A stretch of 64,000 nt of DNA from Pelagibacterales bacterium SAG-MED29 (GCA_014653815.1 JACWDZ010000004.1:10393-74392); one strand, 5' to 3'; positions 52,922 to 63,514 are shown, counted from the stretch's first letter. The notes: a model not told the origin generated them from the sequence alone. Made by a program: numbers and translations.

Positions 52922-55174
52922 TTAATTAAAGAAACTATCAATCTTAACGGGTTCTTTGCTTAGCATATATTTATAGACGTTGATATTTTCTAACACTCTT
53001 TGAACATAGTTTCTTGTTTCTTTAAATCTAATTAATTCAATCCAATTAACATATGACAATTTTCCTTTTGATGGATCTCCATTAACTCTTCGCCAAGTTT
53101 TAACTCTATTAGGTCCCGCGTTGTAAGCCGCTATAGCAAATGGATAGACACCATTATAATCTTCGATTAATGAATTAAAGTAGTAAGAGCCTAATTTAAT
53201 ATTATATTCTGGATCTCTAGTTAATCTACTAATGCTGTAAGGTAGCTTTGCTTGTTTAGCAACTATTTTAGCAGTGTACTTCATTAATTGCATCATTCCT
53301 CTTGCTCCAGCCCAACTATTAGCTCTGGCGTCAAATTCACTCTCTTGTCTTATGATAGCTAAAACAACTTCTGAATTCGGCATTGTTTTATTATTAATTT
53401 GTTTGGGAGTAGCTATTATTGGGTAATTGAATTTATTATAAAATCTTTTTTCATAAGAAGCTTGTTTTGATATTTGAATTGCAAAATCATACCTTCCAAC
53501 GTCCGTTGATAATTTAGCTGCTAAAACTTCGCTTCCTTTATCTATATTTAAAGTAGCTAAATGCTTTAGAATATCTTTTGCATATTTAGTTGAATCTAAT
53601 TCTTTAAGAAGCACCACATGTTTTATTAGTCTATTCTTTTTGAATTCTTTTTCATATTCTTTATCAAAATTTGACTGATCAAATAATTCAAAGTTTTCAC
53701 CTGGTTTTATTTCATTAAATGATAATTGACCATAATATGTCATTGGAAATTTAGCGCCTTCTGTAAAATATTTTTTAGCTGTTTCATTGTTTCCTAATTC
53801 TTTATAAGCAGCCCCTAACCAATAAGCACCTCGAGCCAAACTAATTGGATAACCAACATTATTATAAAAATTTTCAAAATGATTTATTGCATATTCAGCT
53901 GAATTTAAAAAAGATAAAGCTATCCAACCAGAAAGCCATTCGGCTTCTGCAAAAGATGGTCCAGCTGACAAAGAATGTTCGCTAGAGATTTTATAAGCTG
54001 TTTTATATCTTTTTTTATAAATTAAAGACCTTGCCACACTTTTTCTTTGCTCCCACCACAAGTCTGGGCGTATCATTTGTCTCTCTGTTCTATTCGCATT
54101 TTTATATAAAATTTCGAGAGAACCTTCTAATCTGCCTCTTCTATTCCTCCATCTAAGCCTATCATATTCTAATCCCGGATCTTTTTTAAGGTGAGCGGGT
54201 ACTTTTGCTATTGCATTATCTACACCATAAGAATTACTCATTAATATTTGCCTTGCATTGTAAAGAGCTCTTTCATCTTTAGGTAAATATTTTAACATTC
54301 TTTTTAAATCCCAATATTTTCTTTCCCAAGCCAAATAGTCTGCTCTTTTTAAATGATCCTCCGAAGTTAAAAATTTTTTAAATTTTGCTCTATAATAACC
54401 CAAATCATTTTTTCTTATTTCAGCCGTTTCCCAAGCATCTTTAATTAATTTCTCTACTTCTGCTGTTTTGCCTTGTTCTAACAACGCTTCAGCTAATTTA
54501 ATTTTTCCAAGACCCCCTAACGGTGGGTTTTTTTCAAACCATTTAATTATGGATGTTGGCGAGCTGTTTTTTAAATAAATTTTTTGTTCTGCTAGGTATT
54601 TTATTCTATTTATTCTTGGGTAATCTGAATTTCTTTCTATAAATTTTTTATAATCATTAAATGTAGCTCCATTACCAGTTGTTTTTAAATACATCCACTC
54701 AACTAAAGTTCTAAAGTCTCTATCTTTAACTTTTTCAGCACTTTTCATAGCGCTATTCCACTTTTTTGATTTAATAAATCTCATTGTTTCTTTAGCTCTA
54801 GCAAAATCTTTTGAATTTAAAATTGTTGATTTTTCTGCTTCTTTAGATGAGACTTTGTAAGTTGCAGGTTTCTTTTTTGGATATATAAAACCTGTATTAA
54901 TTTCTACTATTTTCTTTTTTGAAGTATCTTTTTTTTCTGTTATTTTTTTTTTTACTTCCTTCTTTTCTTCTACAATATTTTCTTTAGAAGTAGTTGGCTG
55001 CAAGATTGGTTTCTTCTGAGGTAAATTAGTTGTTTTTTTTGAAGTAATATTTTTTTCAATTTTTTTAAAAATTGACGGTTTTTTTACAGGTAAAATGAAT
55101 TCATCTGCAGTATAGGCTTTGTTAATAATTAGAAAAAATAATAAAAATACTAGACTAATTAATTTATAAGGCAT
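52922..55174 (-). CDS. slt: Soluble lytic murein transglycosylase (Slt70-like)
   Basis: IIRQESEF, GARGMMQLM, AAYNAGP, ETRNYVQRV; N-terminal signal peptide. Confidence 0.92.
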   Translation of the reverse strand: MPYKLISLVFLLFFLIINKAYTADEFILPVKKPSIFKKIEKNITSKKTTNLPQKKPILQPTTSKENIVEEKKEVKKKITEKKDTSKKKIVEINTGFIYPKKKPATYKVSSKEAEKSTILNSKDFARAKETMRFIKSKKWNSAMKSAEKVKDRDFRTLVEWMYLKTTGNGATFNDYKKFIERNSDYPRINRIKYLAEQKIYLKNSSPTSIIKWFEKNPPLGGLGKIKLAEALLEQGKTAEVEKLIKDAWETAEIRKNDLGYYRAKFKKFLTSEDHLKRADYLAWERKYWDLKRMLKYLPKDERALYNARQILMSNSYGVDNAIAKVPAHLKKDPGLEYDRLRWRNRRGRLEGSLEILYKNANRTERQMIRPDLWWEQRKSVARSLIYKKRYKTAYKISSEHSLSAGPSFAEAEWLSGWIALSFLNSAEYAINHFENFYNNVGYPISLARGAYWLGAAYKELGNNETAKKYFTEGAKFPMTYYGQLSFNEIKPGENFELFDQSNFDKEYEKEFKKNRLIKHVVLLKELDSTKYAKDILKHLATLNIDKGSEVLAAKLSTDVGRYDFAIQISKQASYEKRFYNKFNYPIIATPKQINNKTMPNSEVVLAIIRQESEFDARANSWAGARGMMQLMKYTAKIVAKQAKLPYSISRLTRDPEYNIKLGSYYFNSLIEDYNGVYPFAIAAYNAGPNRVKTWRRVNGDPSKGKLSYVNWIELIRFKETRNYVQRVLENINVYKYMLSKEPVKIDSFFN

Positions 55175-55204
55175 AAGTTAAAATTAATTACCTTATATTG
55201 TTTT

Positions 55205-56074
55205 ATGCTTAAAGGATCAATTGTAGCCTTAATTACCCCATTCAAAAAAGACATTCTAAATGAGGATGTTTATCGCAAATTGATTCATTATCATATAAAA
55301 AATGGAACAAAAGGGGTTGTTCCTGGAGGCACAACAGGTGAGTCGCCAACATTATCCCACGAAGAGCACAAAAAAATTATTGAGATAGCAGTTCAAGAAT
55401 GTAATGGAAAAATTCCTGTAATCGCTGGTACGGGTTCAAACTCCACATCAGAAGCAATTGAGTTATCTAAATATGCTGAAAAAGCAGGATCAGACGCTTT
55501 GCTCGTTGTCACTCCTTATTATAATAAACCTACCCAAGAAGGTTTGTATCAACATTATAAAAAAATTAATGATAGTGTAGGTATACCTATTATTATTTAT
55601 AACATTCCTTCTCGATCTGTTATCGACATGTCCGTAGAAACAATGTCAAAACTATATGAATTAAAAAATATAGTGGGTGTTAAGGATGCGACAGGAGATC
55701 TAAATAGAGTTGATCAACAGCTAAAAGCAATGGGAAAAGAATTTATACAATTAACTGGGAACGATGATAATGCTCTCGAGTTTAATAAGAGAGGCGGAAT
55801 AGGAGCTATAAGTGTAACAGCAAATATAGCAGCTAAATTATGTTCTGATTTTCAAAATTCTTGCGTTAATAATTATATAGATTCTGAAAAATTAAATAAA
55901 ATTTTACAACCAGTTCATACAGCAATGTTTATAGAAAGTAATCCATCGCCAGTAAAATACGCAGCTTCACTTTTGGGCATGTGCGATCCAGATGTTAGAT
56001 TACCTTTAGTTCAAGTTAAAGAAGAAACTAAGAAAAAAATATCTGATGCTCTTAAAGTAGCTAAAATACTTTAA
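55205..56074 (+). CDS. dapA: 4-hydroxy-tetrahydrodipicolinate synthase
   Basis: [33 protein letters not shown]. Confidence 0.97.
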   Translation: MLKGSIVALITPFKKDILNEDVYRKLIHYHIKNGTKGVVPGGTTGESPTLSHEEHKKIIEIAVQECNGKIPVIAGTGSNSTSEAIELSKYAEKAGSDALLVVTPYYNKPTQEGLYQHYKKINDSVGIPIIIYNIPSRSVIDMSVETMSKLYELKNIVGVKDATGDLNRVDQQLKAMGKEFIQLTGNDDNALEFNKRGGIGAISVTANIAAKLCSDFQNSCVNNYIDSEKLNKILQPVHTAMFIESNPSPVKYAASLLGMCDPDVRLPLVQVKEETKKKISDALKVAKIL

Positions 56075-56547
56075 TGAAAAATAAAACAGTTTCTGGCCAA
56101 AAGATTATTTGCTTAAATAGAAAAGCTAGTTTTAATTATTTTTTTATTGAATTATTAGAAGCTGGAATTGCCCTTAAAGGTTCTGAAGTAAAATCTTTGA
56201 GAGATGGCAAAGGAAGCATAGCAGACTCTTATGCTTTAGATAAAGCTGGCGAATTATTTTTGATTAATTCACATATTCCTTTATACAGACAGTCTTCATA
56301 TAACAATCATAATCCAAAAGGAGAGAGAAAATTGCTCCTAAAAAAGAAAGAAATAAACAAACTTATAGGAAGAATAAATCAAGAAGGATTAACTATAGTT
56401 CCTACAAAACTATATTTTATAAAAGGAAAAGTTAAAGTTCAAATAGCTGTAGCTAAAGGAAAAAAACTTTATGACAAAAGACAAGTTAAAAAAACAAGAG
56501 ATTGGAATCGTGAAAAAGCAAGATTACTTAGCAGAAACAATAAATGA
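56074..56547 (+). CDS. smpB: SsrA-binding protein
   Basis: [33 protein letters not shown]. Confidence 0.98.
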   Translation: MKNKTVSGQKIICLNRKASFNYFFIELLEAGIALKGSEVKSLRDGKGSIADSYALDKAGELFLINSHIPLYRQSSYNNHNPKGERKLLLKKKEINKLIGRINQEGLTIVPTKLYFIKGKVKVQIAVAKGKKLYDKRQVKKTRDWNREKARLLSRNNK

Positions 56548-57053
56548 TACATATTAATATTGGTTCTAATTTAAATTCAAAACATGGAACAAAATTTAAA
56601 AACATTTCTATTGCAATTAATCTATTGATTGATGCAAAATTAAAGATAAAAAAAATCTCAAATTTTTATGAAACGCCCTCTTATCCAAATAAAAAACTGC
56701 CTAAATTTGCTAATATTGGTTTGTTAGCAGAATATTATTTAGATCATACTAAATTAATAAAAGAAATTTCATTGATTGAAAAAAAAATTGGCAGAGTTAA
56801 ATCAATGAGAAATGACCCCAGAGTTTGTGATATCGATATAATTGATTTTAATGGTCTGATAAAAAAAGATAAATTATTAAAATTACCTCATCCTAGATCT
56901 CACATTCGTAATTTTGTGCTTTATCCAATTAAAGAAATAGATCCTAAATGGATCCATCCTTTTTTTAAGAAAAATGTTGATTTTTTAATTAATCAATTAA
57001 GTCAAAATTCAAGGATTGAGATTACAAGATTGCGTAAAAGTGTTATTATCTAA
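56544..57053 (+). CDS. folK: 2-amino-4-hydroxy-6-hydroxymethyldihydropteridine diphosphokinase
   Basis: [32 protein letters not shown]. Confidence 0.95.
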   Translation: MIHINIGSNLNSKHGTKFKNISIAINLLIDAKLKIKKISNFYETPSYPNKKLPKFANIGLLAEYYLDHTKLIKEISLIEKKIGRVKSMRNDPRVCDIDIIDFNGLIKKDKLLKLPHPRSHIRNFVLYPIKEIDPKWIHPFFKKNVDFLINQLSQNSRIEITRLRKSVII

Positions 57054-57055
57054 AC

Positions 57056-58804
57056 ATGATTAATAACAGTGAACTAATTAATAAAATTAAATCATATAAC
57101 AAGTTTTTAAATTCGGAGTCTTTGAACAAAGCTTACAATTTTGCTCTAGATGCCCATCAAAACCAAAAGAGAGAAGAGGGTGTTCCATATATCATTCATC
57201 CTGTTGCTGTAGCCAGCATTTTAACAGAGCTAAAACTTGATAGCGCTACTATTACAACAGGTTTATTGCACGACACTATTGAAGACACGAATGTAACTTA
57301 TGAAACAGTAAAAAAAGAATTTGGAGAAGAAGTTGCAAACTTAGTCGATGGAGTTACAAAATTATCAGCACTGGAAGATAAAGTGTCAGATAATTCAAAA
57401 GCAGAAAATTTTAGAAAATTAATATTAGCTACATCTAAAGATATTAGAGTTTTGCTTGTTAAATTAGCAGATAGACTTCATAACATGAGAACAATTCATT
57501 TTGTAAAAGATAAGGAAAAAATTATAAGAAAAGCAAAAGAAACAATGGAAATTTATGCTCCATTAGCTGATCGTATGGGGATGAATAGAATAAGAGATGA
57601 GTTAGAAGATCTTTCATTTTCTGTTTTAAACAAACCAGCTAGAGATTTAATATTAGATAGGTTAAAGTTTATAAGAAGCAACAGAGAAGACACCTTTAAA
57701 GTAATTGCTGCAGAATTAATCGAATTATTAAAAGCTAATGGAATTCATGCAAAAATCACAGGAAGAGAAAAAACACCTTTTTCGATATGGAGAAAGATTC
57801 AAAAGAGAAAAATATCTCTAGAACAACTTACTGATATCATTGGATTCAGAATTTTAGTTAGTAATATTGATGACTGTTATAAAGCATTAGGTATTTTTCA
57901 TAGCAAATTTTCAGCGATTCCAGGAAAATTTAAAGACTATATTTCAACACCAAAAATAAATAAATATAAATCAATTCATACTTCAATAATAGGACCTAAA
58001 AAAAATAGAATTGAAATCCAAATAAGAACTAATGAAATGAATGAATTCGCTGAAAGAGGAATCGCTTCACATTGGAAATATAAGTCTTCAGAAAAATTCT
58101 CAGAACTATCTTGGAAAGAGTATGATTGGCTAAGAGATTTAGTAGAAATTATTGAAGCTGGAAATAGTCCTGAACATTATTATGAATTTACAAAGCTTCA
58201 AATGTTTCAAGATAATGTTTTTTGTTTTACGCCAGAAGGCGCGGTAATTAAATTACCAAAAAATGCTACACCTATAGATTTTGCTTATGCTGTTCATACA
58301 AAGATAGGAGAAAGCGCAATTGGATGCAATATAAATGGTAGAGAATCTTCACTACAAACTGATTTGAAGAACGGTGACATGGTTGAAATTATAACTTCAA
58401 AAAATGCTTCACCTTCTCTTCACTGGCTATCATCATCTAAAACTGGAAAAGCAAGAGCATCAATTAGACGATATTGGCAAGATAAGTCTCTAGAAAGCTC
58501 AAAACCTAAAGAAAAAAGTTACACAAGTACTATCGTTGTTGATTTGCCTCATAAACCTGGTGCCCTTGGGGATATAAGCTCTCTTATAGGTATTAATAAA
58601 GGCAATATATTAAATGTAGAAATGGTAGAAAAAAAAAAAGATCATTTACAATTTTCCTTTGATATACAAATTAAAGATTTAAAAAACTTTACAAACTTGA
58701 TAAGTCAAATAAAGCAGAGTAATTTTAATTTTAAAATAGTTCGCCATAAACAGAAAAAAAATGCTTTCATACGAAGAATCTTTAAAAATTTTAAAAGAGA
58801 CTAA
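57056..58804 (+). CDS. spoT: Long RelA/SpoT homolog (HD + SYNTH + TGS + ACT), shortened
   Basis: PYIIHP, LLHDTIEDT, KLADRLHNMRT, EIQIRT, TPIDFAYAVHT; C-terminal ACT-like domain. Confidence 0.93.
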   Translation: MINNSELINKIKSYNKFLNSESLNKAYNFALDAHQNQKREEGVPYIIHPVAVASILTELKLDSATITTGLLHDTIEDTNVTYETVKKEFGEEVANLVDGVTKLSALEDKVSDNSKAENFRKLILATSKDIRVLLVKLADRLHNMRTIHFVKDKEKIIRKAKETMEIYAPLADRMGMNRIRDELEDLSFSVLNKPARDLILDRLKFIRSNREDTFKVIAAELIELLKANGIHAKITGREKTPFSIWRKIQKRKISLEQLTDIIGFRILVSNIDDCYKALGIFHSKFSAIPGKFKDYISTPKINKYKSIHTSIIGPKKNRIEIQIRTNEMNEFAERGIASHWKYKSSEKFSELSWKEYDWLRDLVEIIEAGNSPEHYYEFTKLQMFQDNVFCFTPEGAVIKLPKNATPIDFAYAVHTKIGESAIGCNINGRESSLQTDLKNGDMVEIITSKNASPSLHWLSSSKTGKARASIRRYWQDKSLESSKPKEKSYTSTIVVDLPHKPGALGDISSLIGINKGNILNVEMVEKKKDHLQFSFDIQIKDLKNFTNLISQIKQSNFNFKIVRHKQKKNAFIRRIFKNFKRD

Positions 58805-59342
58805 GGCTTTAATTGATGGACATTTTATATTGTCTTCTGGCTTACATAGCTCGAAATATGTTCAATGCGCACAATTACTTTGTAAGCCTGAAAAAGCTTC
58901 CCTAATATGTAATTCTCTTGCTGAAAAAATAAAATCATCATTTAAAGATTTTGATCTAATTTTATCACCAGCAATGGGAGGAGTTATTATAGGATATGAT
59001 ATTGGAAGAATATTAAATAAAGAGACCATATTTTCAGAAAGAGTAAATGGGGAGTTTAAATTAAGACGAGATTTTTTAATACAGAAGAACAACAAAGTGC
59101 TTATCATTGAAGATGTGATAACTACAGGCAAATCTAGTTTAGAATGTTCAAAATTAGTTAGTTCAGCTGGCGCAAAAATAGTTGGTTATGCTTGCATCAT
59201 AGATAGATCTAAAGGAGAGTCTGTTATAAAAGATAAAATCGTATCTCAAATTAAGTTAGACATACCAACATATACAAAAGATAATTTACCAGAAAATCTC
59301 TCTTCAATTAAGGCTGTTAAACCAGGTAGTAGAAACCTTTAA
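58761..59342 (+). CDS. pyrE: Orotate phosphoribosyltransferase
   Basis: GHFILSSGLHS, PRPP motif IIEDVITTGKS, KPGSR. Confidence 0.95.
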   Translation: MLSYEESLKILKETKALIDGHFILSSGLHSSKYVQCAQLLCKPEKASLICNSLAEKIKSSFKDFDLILSPAMGGVIIGYDIGRILNKETIFSERVNGEFKLRRDFLIQKNNKVLIIEDVITTGKSSLECSKLVSSAGAKIVGYACIIDRSKGESVIKDKIVSQIKLDIPTYTKDNLPENLSSIKAVKPGSRNL

Positions 59343-60064
59343 TGAAAAAAATTAGATTGGGTGTAAATATAGATCACGTTGCAACTGTTAGAAATGCTCG
59401 TGGAGAAAAATATCCAAGCCCATTAAGAGCAGCAATTTTAGCACAAAAATCTGGGGCTGACTCTATAACAATACACTTAAGAGAAGACAGACGTCATATT
59501 AATGATTCTGATCTTAAATTAATTAACTCTAAGTTAAAAATTCCATTAAATTTAGAAATAGCTGCAACAAATGAAATGTTGAAAATTGCCTTAAAATGCA
59601 AACCACCTTTCATTTGCATTGTTCCTGAAAAAAGAAAAGAAATAACCACAGAAGGTGGTCTAAATTTAAATTTTAAAAAAGAATTTTTAAGAAAAATTAT
59701 TTATAAATTAAAAAAAAATAAATCTAGAGTAAGTTTGTTTATAGAGGCAAATCAATTGGATATAAAAAAAGCTAAATTGCTAAATGTTGATTGTATCGAA
59801 ATTCACACCGGTAAATTTTGTCGTTTAGTTGATGAAAAAAAAAATTATAAAAATGAATTAAATAAAATAAAAAGAGCAGTGGCATTTGGTAATAATATTG
59901 GTTTAGAAGTACATGCGGGTCATGGTTTGACTTATAAATCTGCAAAGATATTGTCTACAACAAAAGGAATAAAAGAGTTTAATATTGGTCATTTTCTAGT
60001 AGGAGAGTCAATATTTGTGGGTCTACCTAATACTATCAAACAATTTAAAAAAATTATTAAATAA
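59342..60064 (+). CDS. pdxJ: Pyridoxine 5'-phosphate synthase
   Basis: LGVNIDHVATVRNAR, HLREDRRHI, HAGHGL, NIGHF. Confidence 0.98.
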   Translation: MKKIRLGVNIDHVATVRNARGEKYPSPLRAAILAQKSGADSITIHLREDRRHINDSDLKLINSKLKIPLNLEIAATNEMLKIALKCKPPFICIVPEKRKEITTEGGLNLNFKKEFLRKIIYKLKKNKSRVSLFIEANQLDIKKAKLLNVDCIEIHTGKFCRLVDEKKNYKNELNKIKRAVAFGNNIGLEVHAGHGLTYKSAKILSTTKGIKEFNIGHFLVGESIFVGLPNTIKQFKKIIK

Positions 60065-60447
60065 TGAAAATCTATGGAATTGGAACAGATGTAGTAAATA
60101 TTAATAGAATTAAGAAATCAATAAGAAATAAAGATTTTATAAGTAGATTATTTAACAATAATGAAATTAGGAAGTGTAACGGTCAAATTAATAAAGCAAA
60201 TTGTTATGCCAAAAGATTTGCTGCTAAAGAAGCTTTTTCAAAAGCTATTGGAATTGGAATTTCTAGAGGAATAAATTTTGATGAAATTACTGTATATAAT
60301 ATCAAATCTGGAAAGCCTGGCATTAAACTATTGGGAAATACGAAGAAAATAGTTAACAAAATTCTAAATAAAAAAAAAATTAATATTTTTTTATCATTAT
60401 CTGATGATAAACCATTTGCTGTAGCTACAGTTGTTATTTCTATATGA
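60064..60447 (+). CDS. acpS: Holo-ACP synthase
   Basis: GIGTDVV, AKRFAAKEAFSKAIG, SGKP. Confidence 0.97.
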   Translation: MKIYGIGTDVVNINRIKKSIRNKDFISRLFNNNEIRKCNGQINKANCYAKRFAAKEAFSKAIGIGISRGINFDEITVYNIKSGKPGIKLLGNTKKIVNKILNKKKINIFLSLSDDKPFAVATVVISI

Positions 60448-61178
60448 ATAAAAAAAATTTAATAAATTCGATTTTAGATAATATTAAAACAATAATAGGT
60501 GCTTTAATTATTGCCCTCATTATAAGATCACTTATTTTTCAACCGTTTTATATACCTTCGTCATCAATGGAACCAACATTATTAATTGGAGATCGAATTT
60601 TTGTATCGAAATACACGTATGGTTATAGCAAACATTCTTTTCCCTTTAGTCCTAGCATATTTAATGAAAGAATTTTTTATAAAAGGCCTGACCAAGGAGA
60701 TCTTGTAGTTTTTAAGACACCGGCAGATAATCGCACCGATTATATTAAACGATTAATTGGCTTACCAGGAGATGAGATACAGTTTATAGAAGGAGATATT
60801 TTTATTAATGACAAGAAAATTATTAGAAAGAAAATTAATACAAAAAACTTTGTAAGATGTGGAAAATTTTCATTTCAAGTAGATGCTTATGAAGAAATTC
60901 TTCCTAATGGAAAAAGACATATTGCTGTTTATAATGAATCAGGAACATTAAAAAATACAAAAAAGTTTAAAGTACCAGAAAATCATTTTTTTTTATTAGG
61001 AGATAATCGGGACTGTTCTAAAGATAGCAGATTTTTGGGGAATGTAAGTTTTGTTAATTTAGTCGGTAAAGCTAGAATTATTTTTTTCTCTAATGATACG
61101 GTTAAAGGAAGCTTATTTAAATTTTGGAATTTAAAAAACTCTTTTAGATTGGATAGAACATTTAAATCAATAAAATGA
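60444..61178 (+). CDS. lepB: Signal peptidase I
   Basis: IPSSSMEPTL, YIKRLIGLPGD, GDNRDCSKDSR. Confidence 0.97.
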   Translation: MNKKNLINSILDNIKTIIGALIIALIIRSLIFQPFYIPSSSMEPTLLIGDRIFVSKYTYGYSKHSFPFSPSIFNERIFYKRPDQGDLVVFKTPADNRTDYIKRLIGLPGDEIQFIEGDIFINDKKIIRKKINTKNFVRCGKFSFQVDAYEEILPNGKRHIAVYNESGTLKNTKKFKVPENHFFLLGDNRDCSKDSRFLGNVSFVNLVGKARIIFFSNDTVKGSLFKFWNLKNSFRLDRTFKSIK

Positions 61179-61843
61179 AAAATTCAATAAAAGATTTAGA
61201 AATAATTTTAGATTATAATTTTAAAAATTATGATTTGCTTAAAACATCTTTGACTCATAAAAGTTTTGATAATTTAAAGAATAATGAAAAACTAGAATTT
61301 TTAGGTGATAGAGTGCTTGGATTGATAATATCAAAAAAATTAATAGAAACATATCCAGAAGAAAGTGAAGGTATAACTGATAAGAAATTTGCAAATCTTG
61401 TAAATAAAAAAACCTGCTCCAGTATAGCAAATAAATTAAATATCAAAAAATTTATGTTTTTGGGTCCCTCATATAAATCTTTAGAAAAATCTACTGATAA
61501 AGTATTGGGAGATTGTTTAGAAGCTTTAATTGGAGCTATTTATCTAGATGGCGGACTAAAATCTGCAGAAAAATTTGTTTTGAATTTTTGGAAACAATAT
61601 TTAGACAATTCAACTTTACCTTTAATTGATGCTAAGACTCAATTACAAGAACATAGTTTAAAAAAATTTAAAGAATTACCAAAATATACATTTTACAAAA
61701 GAACTGGACCTCAACATAAACCTATATTTAAAACAGATGTCCAAATACCAAATTCTAAAAAAGTTGTCGGAACAGGTACTTCAAAAAAAGATGCACAACA
61801 AAATGCAGCAAGTAAATTACTAAATTATCTCAAAATTTTATGA
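61175..61843 (+). CDS. rnc: Ribonuclease III
   Basis: THKS, NEKLEFLGDRVL, DCLEALIGAIYLDGG; dsRBD. Confidence 0.97.
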   Translation: MKNSIKDLEIILDYNFKNYDLLKTSLTHKSFDNLKNNEKLEFLGDRVLGLIISKKLIETYPEESEGITDKKFANLVNKKTCSSIANKLNIKKFMFLGPSYKSLEKSTDKVLGDCLEALIGAIYLDGGLKSAEKFVLNFWKQYLDNSTLPLIDAKTQLQEHSLKKFKELPKYTFYKRTGPQHKPIFKTDVQIPNSKKVVGTGTSKKDAQQNAASKLLNYLKIL

Positions 61844-62520
61844 ACTGGGAAGATGAATGTTATCTTTTATCGAAAAGAAAATTTAGAGAGAACGCCAATA
61901 TAATAAATGTTTTTACACCAGAAAAAGGAAAGATCGCTGGCATTGTTTACGGTGGAAATTCTAGAAAAATTAGAAACTATTTGCAAGTCTCTAACAAACT
62001 TTTTGTTTTCAATAATTCAAAAAATGATAATAAAATTGGTTATTTTAAAACTGAATTGATTAAAGCTATATCGCCTCATTATTTCAATGATAAAGAGAGA
62101 ACTTCTGCATTAATTTCTTTATGTTCATTATTAAATTCTCTTTTACCTGAGTCCCAGCCTTATAAAAATATTTACAAATCTTTTGAAAAATTTATTAGTG
62201 CTTTAAATTTAGATAACTGGATTATTCTATACATTTTTTTTGAAATTAATCTTATAAAAGAACTTGGTTATGATACTAATTTAAGTATATTTAATAACTC
62301 TTCAGACGATAATTACAGTTTTAAAAAAATAAAAATAGACTCATATAATTATGAAGTTCCATATTTTTTGATAAAACAACAGATTCCAAATGAAATTACA
62401 AAATTATTAATTAAAAAATCTTTGATTTTTACTAGAAGTGTTTTATTAAATAAATTTTTTATTCCAAATAATTTGATCTTCCCTAAATCAAGAGTTATTT
62501 TAGAAAATTATTTTAATTAG
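61840..62520 (+). CDS. recO: DNA repair protein RecO
   Basis: MNWEDE..L..RKFRE OB-fold start, LLPE, FEINL..ELGY; position after rnc. Confidence 0.88.
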   Translation: MNWEDECYLLSKRKFRENANIINVFTPEKGKIAGIVYGGNSRKIRNYLQVSNKLFVFNNSKNDNKIGYFKTELIKAISPHYFNDKERTSALISLCSLLNSLLPESQPYKNIYKSFEKFISALNLDNWIILYIFFEINLIKELGYDTNLSIFNNSSDDNYSFKKIKIDSYNYEVPYFLIKQQIPNEITKLLIKKSLIFTRSVLLNKFFIPNNLIFPKSRVILENYFN

Positions 62521-63514
62521 TATTTTTTTTAATTTTACTTGCTATTTCTAAGGCAAAATAAGTAACAATGGCTGATGCCCCAGCTCTTTTAAAAGCCATC
62601 AAGCTTTCTAATATAGCTTCATCATTTATCAATTTATTTTTAATTCCATTTTTTATTAAACTATATTCACCAGATACTTGATAAGCAAAAACTGGAATTT
62701 TAAAATTATCTTTTATACTTTTAATTATATCTAAATAGGGTAGACCAGGCTTGACCATAACCATATCAGCTCCCTCTTTAATGTCTAAGCTAATTTCTCT
62801 AAATGCTTCATTTAAATTTCTAAAATCCATTTGATAAGTTTTTTTATCTGATTTTAAATTTTTTTTAGACCCAACAGCATCTCTAAATGGACCATAAAAA
62901 CTTGAAGCATATTTTGCTGCGTAAGATAATATACTGACATTTTTAAAATTTCTTTTATCCAAAGCTTTTCTAATTGCACCGACTCTTCCATCCATCATGT
63001 CCGAAGGAGCGATTACGTCGCATCCCATTTCCGCTTGTAATAAAGCTTGTTTAACAAGAATGTTAATTGTTTTATCATTATCAATTTTTTTATTAACTAT
63101 TACGCCATCATGACCATGAGATGTGTAAGGATCTAATGCAACATCACACATGACTCCTATTCCAGCATATCTTTTCTTGATAAATTTTAAGGATTTGCAA
63201 ATCAAATTATTTTTATTGAGTGCTTCAGTTCCAAATTTATCTTTTTTATTTTTTGGCGTGTAAGGAAAAAGCGCTACCATTGGAATCTTATATTTTTTAG
63301 CTTTATTCATAATAAGATTTAATTTATCTACAGAATATCTATTAATACCAGGCATAGATTTTATGGATTCTACTATGCCACTACCATCTCTAACAAAGAT
63401 TGGTAATATTAAATCATTAATACTCAAATTGTTTTCTGATACTAGTCTTCGTATCCATTCTGAGTTGCGAACTCTTCGCAATCTGACGTTGGGAAATTTG
63501 CCTGCTATCCTCAT
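62513..63514 (-). CDS. hemB: Porphobilinogen synthase (Cys-free, Mg-type)
   Basis: DVALDPYTSHGHDG, APSDMMDGR, SSFYGPFRDA, MVKPG, AYQVSGEY. Confidence 0.98.
   Translation of the reverse strand: MRIAGKFPNVRLRRVRNSEWIRRLVSENNLSINDLILPIFVRDGSGIVESIKSMPGINRYSVDKLNLIMNKAKKYKIPMVALFPYTPKNKKDKFGTEALNKNNLICKSLKFIKKRYAGIGVMCDVALDPYTSHGHDGVIVNKKIDNDKTINILVKQALLQAEMGCDVIAPSDMMDGRVGAIRKALDKRNFKNVSILSYAAKYASSFYGPFRDAVGSKKNLKSDKKTYQMDFRNLNEAFREISLDIKEGADMVMVKPGLPYLDIIKSIKDNFKIPVFAYQVSGEYSLIKNGIKNKLINDEAILESLMAFKRAGASAIVTYFALEIASKIKKNTN

Noticed and set aside
1181-61446. Many short antisense or alternate-frame ORFs in the ORF track (e.g. 7515-8012, 8715-9251, 38118-38510, 23955-24152)
   Set aside because: They lie within well-conserved genes, have no recognisable motifs, and are expected shadows of codon bias.
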